Origin: Longimicrobiaceae bacterium
GTDB lineage: Bacteria; Gemmatimonadota; Gemmatimonadetes; Longimicrobiales; Longimicrobiaceae
Direction of reading: 5' to 3'
Assembly: GCA_051005515.1 (NCBI GenBank)
Contig: JBPCJG010000106.1
Coordinates: forward strand, 1 to 33,920
Length of the DNA stretch: 33,920 bases
Part shown: piece after piece, positions 25,801-33,554 of the stretch
Position numbering within the stretch: the first letter of the stretch is position 1
Layout of the letters: every line of letters begins with the position of its first letter
Notes under the pieces: model-generated
The model's database searches: none
Seen by the model: the letters and a program-made list of their open reading frames with translations, nothing else
What the model was told of the DNA's origin: nothing
Position numbers and translations under genes: made by a program

Positions 25801-26939
25801 ACTTCGCCTGCTTCGTCCACAGCGCCGTTTCTGACTGGAACCACGGCAACGCGCACTTCCTGCGCGGGCTGCTCAGCGCGCTCGCCGCGCGCGGCCACAC
25901 CGTCACCGCCTGGGAGCCGCGCCTCCCCTGGTCCGCCCGCAACCTGGTCAAGGAGCACGGCTTCGCGCCGGTGGTGGAGTTCGCCCGCGCCTACCCCGAG
26001 ATCGGCGTGCGCAGCTACGACCCCGCCGACGAGGAATTGCTGGAGCGGCTGGAGGACGCCACCCGGACTGCAAACGTGGTGCTGGTCCACGAGTGGAACT
26101 CCCCCCGGCTGGTCGGCGCCCTCGGTCATCTCCGCCGGCGCGGCGCCGGCTGGACGCTGCTCTTCCACGACACCCACCACCGTCCCTGGAGCGATCCGGC
26201 GGCGATCGCGCGATTCAACCTGTCCGCCTACGACGGGGTGCTCGCCTTCGGCGAGGTGCTGCGGCGGATCTACCTCGAGCGCTTCGGAACACACCGGGCC
26301 TGGACGCTGCACGAGGCAGCGGACACGCGCCGCTTCCGGCCGCTGGAGCGCCCCGAGAGCGACGACGTGGTGTGGATCGGCAATTGGGGGGATGCGGAGC
26401 GATCGGTCGAGCTGGAGCGCTTCTGGCTCGCCGCCGCGCGCGCCCACCCGGAGCTGCGCTGGGCCGCGTACGGCGTGCGCTACCCCGGGGAAGCGGTCGA
26501 GGCGCTGGCAAAGGCGGGAGTAGACTACCGCGGCTGGGCCGCCTCACTGGAGGTCCCGGAGATCTTTGCCCGGAGTCGAGTCACCCTGCACATTCCCCGG
26601 CAGGCGTACGTGGAAGGGCTCCCGGGGATCCCGACGATCCGGGTCTTCGAGGCACTCGCCTGCGGCATCCCACTGGTGTCGGCGCCCTGGTCCGACGCCG
26701 AGGATCTGTTCCGCCCGGGCGACTACGCGGTCGGGGAAACACCGGCCGAGCTGCGCAGCGAGATCCTCCGTTTGTTGGGTGACAGGGAAGCAGCCGCAGA
26801 GCAGGCGGCGCGGGGGCTCGAATCCGTGCTCGCCCGACACACCTGCGACCACCGCGCCGGCGAGCTGCTGGACATCGTCGCCGAGCTGGGGACTTGCGAC
26901 AGCAGCGCACCCCCCGAGCGCGTCGCGGCATGGAGCTGA
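25797..26939 (+). CDS. CgeB-like glycosyltransferase-family protein, paralogue 1
   Basis: 380 aa. GTG start overlaps the previous stop (GTGA). N-terminal 'SAVSDWNHGNAHFLRGLLSALAARGHTVT'. C-terminal 'TIRVFEALACGIPLVSAPWSDAEDLF'. Confidence 0.65.
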   Translation: MNFACFVHSAVSDWNHGNAHFLRGLLSALAARGHTVTAWEPRLPWSARNLVKEHGFAPVVEFARAYPEIGVRSYDPADEELLERLEDATRTANVVLVHEWNSPRLVGALGHLRRRGAGWTLLFHDTHHRPWSDPAAIARFNLSAYDGVLAFGEVLRRIYLERFGTHRAWTLHEAADTRRFRPLERPESDDVVWIGNWGDAERSVELERFWLAAARAHPELRWAAYGVRYPGEAVEALAKAGVDYRGWAASLEVPEIFARSRVTLHIPRQAYVEGLPGIPTIRVFEALACGIPLVSAPWSDAEDLFRPGDYAVGETPAELRSEILRLLGDREAAAEQAARGLESVLARHTCDHRAGELLDIVAELGTCDSSAPPERVAAWS

Positions 26940-28009
26940 CGTTCTTTGGATCCTCGCTGGTCTCCGCGTACTGGAACGGCGCGGCTACCTACTACCGCGG
27001 GCTGCTGCGCGCGCTCCACCAACGCGGGCACCGGATCACCTTCTGCGAGCCCGACGCGTACGGCCGGCAGCAGCATCGCGATCTCGCCGAAGACCCGCCC
27101 TACGCGCGCGTCCGCGTCTATTCCGACGCAGGCGAACGCGATGAGTTGGTGCGCGAGGCATTTGCGGACAGCGACTGGGTCTTCAAGTGCAGCGGCGTCG
27201 GGATCTGGGACGGGGAACTGGAGGCCGCCGTCGCCGCGGGGAGCGGCGGCGAGGTGCGGACGGCGTTTTTGGACGTCGACGCCCCGGCCACGCTGCAGCG
27301 GCTCGCGGACGATCCCGCCGATCCGTTCCACGCCTGCGTCCCCCGTTTCAACCACGTTTTCACCTACGGCGGCGGGCCCCCCATCGTCGAGCGCTACCTG
27401 CGGGCGGGGGCGCGGGCGTGCACGCCCGTCTACAACGCGGTCGATCCCGAGGCGCACGCCCCGCCGCCCGATGTGGAGCGGCGCTGGGAGCTGCTCTTCA
27501 TGGGCAACCGGCTCCCGGACCGCGAGCGGCGCGTGGAGGAGTTCTTTGTCAGGGCGGCGGAGCTGGTCCCCGACGCCCGCTTCGCCCTCGGCGGCGAAGG
27601 TTGGTCGGACCGCCCCCTGCCGGCCAACGTCGAGCTCCTCGGCCACGTTCCTACCGCGCGCCACAACGCCGTCAACGCCGCCGCGCGCCTGGTTCTCAAC
27701 GTCCACCGCGACTCGATGGTGGAGAACGGCTGGTCGCCCGCGACCCGCATGTTCGAGGCGGCGGGGGCCGCAGCGTGCCAGATCACCGATGCGTGGCGCG
27801 GGATCGAGGAGTTCTTTCAACCGGATGCCGAGATCCTCGTCGCCGACGGCGCGGAGGCGGTAGCGGATTACGTCGTCCGGGTCGACGATGCGCGCGCCCG
27901 GGAGATCGGTGCGGCTGCGCGACGGCGGGCGCTGCGCGACCACGGCTACGCGCAGCGCGCCGCGCTCCTCGATCCGCTGTTGCGAACGCCCGCGGAGGCA
28001 GCCGCGTGA
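26930..28009 (+). CDS. CgeB-like glycosyltransferase-family protein, paralogue 2
   Basis: ATG 26930 (10-nt overlap with paralogue 1). 359 aa. 'SLVSAYWNGAATYYRGLLRALHQRGHRIT' and 'ATRMFEAAGAAACQITDAWRGIEEFF'. Confidence 0.65.
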   Translation: MELTFFGSSLVSAYWNGAATYYRGLLRALHQRGHRITFCEPDAYGRQQHRDLAEDPPYARVRVYSDAGERDELVREAFADSDWVFKCSGVGIWDGELEAAVAAGSGGEVRTAFLDVDAPATLQRLADDPADPFHACVPRFNHVFTYGGGPPIVERYLRAGARACTPVYNAVDPEAHAPPPDVERRWELLFMGNRLPDRERRVEEFFVRAAELVPDARFALGGEGWSDRPLPANVELLGHVPTARHNAVNAAARLVLNVHRDSMVENGWSPATRMFEAAGAAACQITDAWRGIEEFFQPDAEILVADGAEAVADYVVRVDDARAREIGAAARRRALRDHGYAQRAALLDPLLRTPAEAAA

Positions 28010-29097
28010 AGCTGGTAGTGTTCGGACTCGCCGTCTCCTCGAGCTGGGGGAACGGCCACGCCACCACCTATCGGGCGCTGCTCGGAGCCTTCGCGGCGCG
28101 CGGCCACGAGATCGTCTTCTACGAGTGGAACGCCCCCTGGTACGGCGGCGGACACCGGGATCTCCCCGACCCGCCGTTCTGCCGGCTCGAGCTGTACGAT
28201 CGCTGGGAGCGGGTGCGCGAGCGCGCCACCGCAGAGACCCGGGATGCGGATGCGACTCTGGTGGGCTCCTACGTCCACCGCGGCAGGGAAGTCATCGACG
28301 CGCTCGCGGGCGCCTGCGTCGAGCCGCTCTTCTTCTACGACATCGACACGCCGGTCACCGTCGGGCTCCTGCGCCGCGGGGAAGCGGAGTACCTGCGCCG
28401 CGACCAGGTCCCCGTCTTCACCCGCTACCTGTCGTTCACCGGCGGTCCTTTCCTGCAGGCCGTGGTCGAGGGCGAGCTGGGAGCCCGCGAGGCGGTGCCG
28501 CTCTACTGCTCGGTGGATGAACGGGTCTACGGCGAGACTTCTCCGCAGGCGGAGTTCGCGGCCGACCTCGCGTACATGGGCACCTACGCCGAGGACCGTC
28601 AGCCGACGCTCGACCGCCTGCTGCTGGAGCCGGCGCGCAGGGCTGGTGACCGCACCTTCCTGGTTGCTGGCCCGCAGTACCCGCAAGCGATCCGCTGGCC
28701 CACCAACGTGCGCCGGCTGCCCCACGTCCCCCCGAGCCGGCACCCCGCGTTCTACTCCAGCGCCGCGTGGCAACTGAACGTGACGCGGGCCGAGATGCGG
28801 GCGGCCGGCTGGTCACCGTCGGTGCGCTTCTTCGAGGCGGCCGCCTGCGGCGCGGCGCTGCTCTCCGACCGCTGGCCGGGGATCGAGCATTTCCTGCGCC
28901 CGGGCGAGGAGATCCTGCTCCCCGACAGCACGGAGGAGGTGCTCGGTATCCTGGCGGAGACGCACCCCGACGAGCGCCGGGCGATCGGCGCAGCCGCCCG
29001 CTCCCGCATCCTCGCGGAGCACACCGCCGAGCGGCGTGCAGGCGAGCTGGAAACGCTGCTGGCTGTGTCCGCTTCCGCGCCGCCGATGCCGGTGTAA
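28006..29097 (+). CDS. CgeB-like glycosyltransferase-family protein, paralogue 3
   Basis: GTG 28006 overlaps the previous stop (GTGA). 363 aa. 'AVSSSWGNGHATTYRALLGAFAARGHEIV' and 'SVRFFEAAACGAALLSDRWPGIEHFL'. Confidence 0.65.
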   Translation: MKLVVFGLAVSSSWGNGHATTYRALLGAFAARGHEIVFYEWNAPWYGGGHRDLPDPPFCRLELYDRWERVRERATAETRDADATLVGSYVHRGREVIDALAGACVEPLFFYDIDTPVTVGLLRRGEAEYLRRDQVPVFTRYLSFTGGPFLQAVVEGELGAREAVPLYCSVDERVYGETSPQAEFAADLAYMGTYAEDRQPTLDRLLLEPARRAGDRTFLVAGPQYPQAIRWPTNVRRLPHVPPSRHPAFYSSAAWQLNVTRAEMRAAGWSPSVRFFEAAACGAALLSDRWPGIEHFLRPGEEILLPDSTEEVLGILAETHPDERRAIGAAARSRILAEHTAERRAGELETLLAVSASAPPMPV

Positions 29098-29125
29098 CGC
29101 CGCCGCTTCCGCGCGTCAGCCCGGC

Positions 29126-29527
29126 ATGGCGCAGCGGCGGTATGCCTCCTATGCTTCAAGCGTGTCCCTTCTCTTGTTTCTGCTCGCGCTGCTGGGGCTG
29201 GCGGCGCTGCTCGTCCGGCTCGGGCGCAGCCTACTCCGCCTGCTCCTGGCGAGCGCCCGCAGCACGACGGCCGACGGCATGGCCGACCTCAGCGCGCGCC
29301 GCGGTGATTTGACGCTGCTGGCGGAGCGGGACGAGCAGGCGCGGCTCCTCGCCAGCGCGCGCCGCCTCGAGTGGTCTCGCGCGGCGCTCTGGGCAGCGCT
29401 GCTGATCCTGCCGCCGCTGTTCGGCGCCGCGCTCTACGTCTACCCTGCGGCGGTCCTCCTCTGGCTGCTCCCGCGAAACCGGCGCACGAACGGAACACCC
29501 CGGCAACCTCCCCCTCACCTCCCATGA
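29126..29527 (+). CDS. Hypothetical small membrane protein (2-3 TM segments)
   Basis: ATG 29126 in track ORF 29036..29527 gives 133 aa. 'VSLLLFLLALLGLAALLV' and 'AALWAALLILPPLFGAALYVYPAAVLLWLL'. Its stop overlaps the transporter ATG (ATGA). Confidence 0.5.
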   Translation: MAQRRYASYASSVSLLLFLLALLGLAALLVRLGRSLLRLLLASARSTTADGMADLSARRGDLTLLAERDEQARLLASARRLEWSRAALWAALLILPPLFGAALYVYPAAVLLWLLPRNRRTNGTPRQPPPHLP

Positions 29528-31788
29528 GCGAACCGTCTCCTCCTTCGGCCACCCGGCTCGATCCACCCGGTGGGCAAGGAGCCACCGTGCTGCCGAAGGG
29601 GCCCAAGCTCTTCGGCACCTTCGCCGGCGTTTTCACCCCGACGCTGCTGACGATTCTCGGGGTGATCATGTACCTCCGGCTCGGCTGGGTCGTGGGCAAC
29701 GCCGGCCTGCTCGGGGGGCTGCTCATCATCGCGCTGACCAACGGGATCACGCTTTGCACGGCCCTGTCGCTGTCGAGCATCGCCACCAACACGCGGCTGG
29801 GGGCGGGCGGACCGTACGCGATCATCTCCAAGTCGCTCGGCTTCGAGATCGGGGGCAGCGTGGGCGTGCCGCTCTACCTGTCGCAGGCGCTCGCCGTGGC
29901 GATGTACGTGTTCGGCTTTCGCGAAGGATGGAAGTGGGTCTTTCCGGAGCACCCGGCGATCCTCGTGGACCTCGCGATCTTCGGCGTGGTCTTCGTGATC
30001 GCCTATCTTTCGGCGAGCCTCGCCTTCAAGATCCAGTACGTGGTGATGGCGGTGATCGGGATCTCCCTCGTGTCGATCTTCGCAGCTCCGGAATTCATCC
30101 AGGGCACCGGCGGTGGGATCCAGCTCTGGGGGAGCTACCCCGGCGCCCCCGAGAACGGCTTCGCGGGCACCAATTTCTGGCTCGTTTTCGCCGTCTTCTT
30201 TCCGGCAGCCACCGGCATCATGGCCGGCGCGAACATGTCGGGCGAGCTGAAGAGCCCCAGGCGGAGCATCCCCGCCGGAACGCTTTCGGCCATCGCCGTT
30301 TCGCTGGTGATCTACGTCGCCCTCGCCGTGTGGACGGCGCGCGTCGCGACACCCGAGGAGCTGGTTTCGAATTACACCGTGATGATCGACAAGGCGGTCT
30401 GGGGGCCGGCCGTGCTCGGCGGACTGCTCGGGGCCACCTTCTCGTCGGCGCTGACCTCGCTGGTCGGCGCGCCGCGCATCATCCAGGCGCTCGGCAAGGA
30501 TCGGCTGGTACCGGCCGGGCGATGGCTGGAGAAGACCAGCGGCGGAGAGCCGCGCCGCGCCATGCTCGTCACCGGCGTGATCGTGCTGGCGGCACTCCTG
30601 CTGCGCGACCTGAACGTGATCGCCCCGATGATCACGATGTTCTTTCTGATCACGTACGCCGTGATCAATGTCGTGATGCTGGCGGAGGCGAGCCTCGGGT
30701 TGATGAGCTTCCGGCCCACCTTGCGACTGCCGCGCATCGTGCCCCTCCTGGGTGCGCTCGGATGCGTCTTCGCCATGTTCATCGTGAACCCTACCGTAGG
30801 GCTCCTGGCGGTGGGCGTGGTGGGCGGAATCTACTTCTGGATCACCTGGCGCGGAGTCGCTCCCCGCACCGGCACCGTGCGCAGCGGCATCTTCGCCGCC
30901 TTCGCGGAATGGGCGGCGGGCAAGGTGATCGCCCTCGAGATGAGCGCGAGCCGGGCGTGGAAGCCGAGCCTGCTCGTACCCGTGCTCGACCCGGCCGCGC
31001 TGCGCGGCGAGCTGCGACTGCTCATCGACGTGTGCAGGCCGGAAGGGTCGGTGAAGCTGCTGGGCGTGGCGACCACGGAAACGATTGCCGACCTCACGCC
31101 ACGGATCGAAGGGCTGGCCCGGACTCTACGCAAGAACGACGTTCTGACCACCAGCGCGGTGATCGACTCGGCCGGCTTCGCCGAGGGGATCGTCACGGGA
31201 GTGCAGGCGTTGAGGAGCGCGTTCTTCGCGCCGAACGTGCTCTTTCTGAACCTTCCGCACCACCCCGAACGCCACGACGAACTGCGCGAGATCGTCAAGG
31301 AAACCTGCCGCCTCGAGGTGGGCGTGATGCTGCTGGCGATGCACGAGCAGGCGGGCCTGGGAATGAGCAAGACCGTCAACCTCTGGGTCCGCCCCCGGCC
31401 CCGTCGCCTTTCCCTCGAGGAGTACCTCGGCCGCTCCGACCTGAACCTCGGCATCCTCACCGCGCTCCGCCTGGCGCGGGCCTGGAGGGCCGATCTCAAC
31501 CTGCTCACGGTCGTGCCCGACGAGGGAGAGATCGCGGATGCGTACGTGCACCTCGCGGAGCTACGTGATCTGGTCCGCATCCCGGAGGCCGCCCGTTCGC
31601 AGGTGATCGCGGGAAGCTTCAGGGAGTGCGTGCCGCGCGCCCCGCAGTCCGACATCGACGTGATGGGGCTGCGGCGCGAGGACGACGGTCGTGCGCCGGA
31701 CCTGCAATTCGTCGCGGAGATGGTGAGGATCACGCGGAGCGCCTGCCTGTTCTGCGGCGCGTCCGGCCGCGAAAACGCCCTGGCGTAG
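29524..31788 (+). CDS. Cation-chloride cotransporter (SLC12/CCC) homologue, APC superfamily, with a cytoplasmic C-terminal domain
   Basis: ATG 29524 in track ORF 29371..31788 gives 754 aa. 'FGTFAGVFTPTLLTILGVIMYLRLGWVVGNAGL' is the hallmark SLC12 TM1-TM2 sequence. About 12 TM segments are followed by a soluble domain of about 270 aa. Confidence 0.8.
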   Translation: MSEPSPPSATRLDPPGGQGATVLPKGPKLFGTFAGVFTPTLLTILGVIMYLRLGWVVGNAGLLGGLLIIALTNGITLCTALSLSSIATNTRLGAGGPYAIISKSLGFEIGGSVGVPLYLSQALAVAMYVFGFREGWKWVFPEHPAILVDLAIFGVVFVIAYLSASLAFKIQYVVMAVIGISLVSIFAAPEFIQGTGGGIQLWGSYPGAPENGFAGTNFWLVFAVFFPAATGIMAGANMSGELKSPRRSIPAGTLSAIAVSLVIYVALAVWTARVATPEELVSNYTVMIDKAVWGPAVLGGLLGATFSSALTSLVGAPRIIQALGKDRLVPAGRWLEKTSGGEPRRAMLVTGVIVLAALLLRDLNVIAPMITMFFLITYAVINVVMLAEASLGLMSFRPTLRLPRIVPLLGALGCVFAMFIVNPTVGLLAVGVVGGIYFWITWRGVAPRTGTVRSGIFAAFAEWAAGKVIALEMSASRAWKPSLLVPVLDPAALRGELRLLIDVCRPEGSVKLLGVATTETIADLTPRIEGLARTLRKNDVLTTSAVIDSAGFAEGIVTGVQALRSAFFAPNVLFLNLPHHPERHDELREIVKETCRLEVGVMLLAMHEQAGLGMSKTVNLWVRPRPRRLSLEEYLGRSDLNLGILTALRLARAWRADLNLLTVVPDEGEIADAYVHLAELRDLVRIPEAARSQVIAGSFRECVPRAPQSDIDVMGLRREDDGRAPDLQFVAEMVRITRSACLFCGASGRENALA

Positions 31789-31790
31789 CG

Positions 31791-32294
31791 TCAGCGTTCT
31801 ACCCGCAGCGTCCCCCGCAGCAGGGTATTCGGTCCAAAGGTCGGTCGCCCCAGCGGACCGGCGTCCACGCCGAAGCGGCCGACGAGCTGATACTCGACCT
31901 CCTGGTTGGTCACGGCCCGGCCGAGCACCGTGGCGATCCGGGGCACGTCGGCGAAGCCGATGCCGATGTCGAGTGGGATCACGGTGCTTTGTCCTGCGGC
32001 GAGCGGCAGACCGAGCGGCAGATCGACGTCCGCCGCCTGGACGCCGTCGAGGGCGAGCTGCCCCTCGACCGTCGAAAGGGTGAGGCCGAACGCGTTCGGG
32101 TTCGCGACGTCAGCCCAGAGGCGGACCGCGGCGCCGCCGAGCGGTCGCGAGGGCGACGGCCCGAGCAGCCGCAGCTCCGCCTGGCGGCCGGACGCGACGT
32201 CAAAGGTGGGGGGTTGGATGATCTGGCCGAGCGTGGCGCAGGAGGCGAGCACGAGGGCGAGCGCTAACAGGCGAAGCTTGCGGTGGAGTTGCAT
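31791..32294 (-). CDS. LEA type 2 (LEA14/WHy-like) lipoprotein
   Basis: ATG 32294 in track ORF 31791..32666 gives 167 aa. Lipobox 'LVLASC'. All-beta LEA_2-type pattern 'ADVANPNAFGLTLSTVEGQLALDGVQAADVDL...STVIPLDIGIGF'. Its stop lies 2 nt from the transporter stop (convergent). Confidence 0.65.
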   Translation of the reverse strand: MQLHRKLRLLALALVLASCATLGQIIQPPTFDVASGRQAELRLLGPSPSRPLGGAAVRLWADVANPNAFGLTLSTVEGQLALDGVQAADVDLPLGLPLAAGQSTVIPLDIGIGFADVPRIATVLGRAVTNQEVEYQLVGRFGVDAGPLGRPTFGPNTLLRGTLRVER

Positions 32295-32335
32295 CGGGGT
32301 TGTCTTTGGTAGTGGGGGCGAGAGAGAGTACCGGG

Positions 32336-32430
32336 CGACGGGATGAAACCCCCTGCAATGTACTGCTCGCCCTCCGGGCGCGCCGGGGGTATGAAATCCC
32401 CGGCAAGGTACGTCCCGCCCTCGCGGGCGG
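32336..32430. repeat. Imperfect tandem direct repeat of about 45 nt (two copies) in the LEA/GNAT intergenic region
   Basis: Copy A is CGACGGGATGAAACCCCCTGCAATGTACTGCTCGCCCTCCGGGCG. Copy B is CGCCGGGGGTATGAAATCCCCGGCAAGGTACGTCCCGCCCTCGCGGGCGG. They are roughly 80% identical by eye. Confidence 0.8.
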
Positions 32431-32618
32431 AACGCCGCTCGGGGGGGTGCGTCCGTGAGGACGCGCGGTTGCCTGCCGGGTCCTTTATGGGCCCGGTAGG
32501 GGCGGGGCGGGTTAGAAACCGGCGCGCACACGCCGCAGATAACGCAGAGACTCTGCGGTGAGGCACACAGCCGGGAACTCAGATCAGTCCTCTTCGCGGA
32601 AGCGGATCGCAAGGGCAC

Positions 32619-33218
32619 GTGAGACAACGCGCCAACACAGGGGGTGCAGTGGGCCTGCAGGGCCAATCCTCATACCACATCCGCCTCGCCACCCCCGCCG
32701 ACATTCCGGCGCTCGACCGGCTGATCCCCGCTTCGATCCGGGTGCTCGGCGCGGGCTTCTACACCGAACGGCAGATCGAAGCGGCCGTGATGCACGTCTT
32801 TGGGGTGGACACGCAGCTCATCGAGGACGGCACGTACTACGTAGCCGGAGCCGACGGCGAGATCGTCGGCTGCGGCGGGTGGAGCCGGCGAGCCACGCTG
32901 TACGGGAGCGACCGGGCGAAGGGAGGGAGTCCGGATCCGCTCCTGGATCCGGGCCGCGACGCAGCGCGCATTCGCGCTTTCTTCGTCGCTCCGGCATGGG
33001 CGCGGCGGGGGATCGGTTCGGCGATCATCCGGCGCTGCGAGGCGGAGGCAGCGGCGGCGGGATTCCGCGCTCTGGAGCTGGTGGCGACGCTCCCGGGGGA
33101 ACGGCTCTACGCCAGGCACGGCTACGCGGCGGAGGAGCGGCTTGAGGTGGAGGTGCCGGGGGTGGAGCCGCTCCCCGGAGTGAGGATGTCGAAGCGGGTG
33201 GCAGGGGGCGCGCAGTAA
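32619..33218 (+). CDS. GNAT-family N-acetyltransferase
   Basis: 199-aa ORF with a GTG start. An alternative GTG at 32649 would give a more typical N-terminus. Acetyl-CoA motif 'FFVAPAWARRGIGSAIIRRCEAEA'. Confidence 0.75.
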   Translation: MRQRANTGGAVGLQGQSSYHIRLATPADIPALDRLIPASIRVLGAGFYTERQIEAAVMHVFGVDTQLIEDGTYYVAGADGEIVGCGGWSRRATLYGSDRAKGGSPDPLLDPGRDAARIRAFFVAPAWARRGIGSAIIRRCEAEAAAAGFRALELVATLPGERLYARHGYAAEERLEVEVPGVEPLPGVRMSKRVAGGAQ

Positions 33219-33245
33219 GTACGCCGCCCGGTACCAAATGATCGG

Positions 33246-33499
33246 TCAGGAGGGGCGCGGAGCGGGTTCCGACACGACCGACAGCAACGCCACGGCCGCG
33301 GAATCAGGTTTGGGGCATACCACGATTCGCAAATCCTGACCCAGCGCGGTGAGATGGCGCAGCAGGCGGTCCAGGGTATAGCCGGCGAGCTGCCCGCGCG
33401 TGATCGAGCTGATGTCGGGCGGCTCGGCGCCTATCAGATGTCAAAGGGGATTCCGGTCGGAGATAGGCCAAACGCGATGACAACCGGTCGGTACGCCAT
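33246..33499 (-). pseudogene. Frameshifted XRE-family HTH (antitoxin-like) gene remnant
   Basis: The minus-strand frame 33440..33246 reads 'LIGAEPPDISSITRGQLAGYTLDRLLRHLTALGQDLRIVV...' (HTH helix 3 plus a HigA2-like C-terminal motif) but has no start codon. The neighbouring frame from ATG 33499 reads 'MAYRPVVIAFGLSPTGIPFDI*'. A single indel near 33437-33443 would join the two. Confidence 0.4.
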
Positions 33500-33554
33500 G
33501 TGCGGAGCGGAGCTGTCCGTACGCCACTCTCCAACTCCGCTCCAGGAGCACCCC

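Noticed and set aside
32343-32561. 72-aa plus-strand ORF in the LEA/GNAT intergenic region.
   Set aside because: It spans the tandem repeat and hairpins, has an Arg/Gly/Pro-rich composition and no ribosome-binding site. It is more likely non-coding regulatory sequence.
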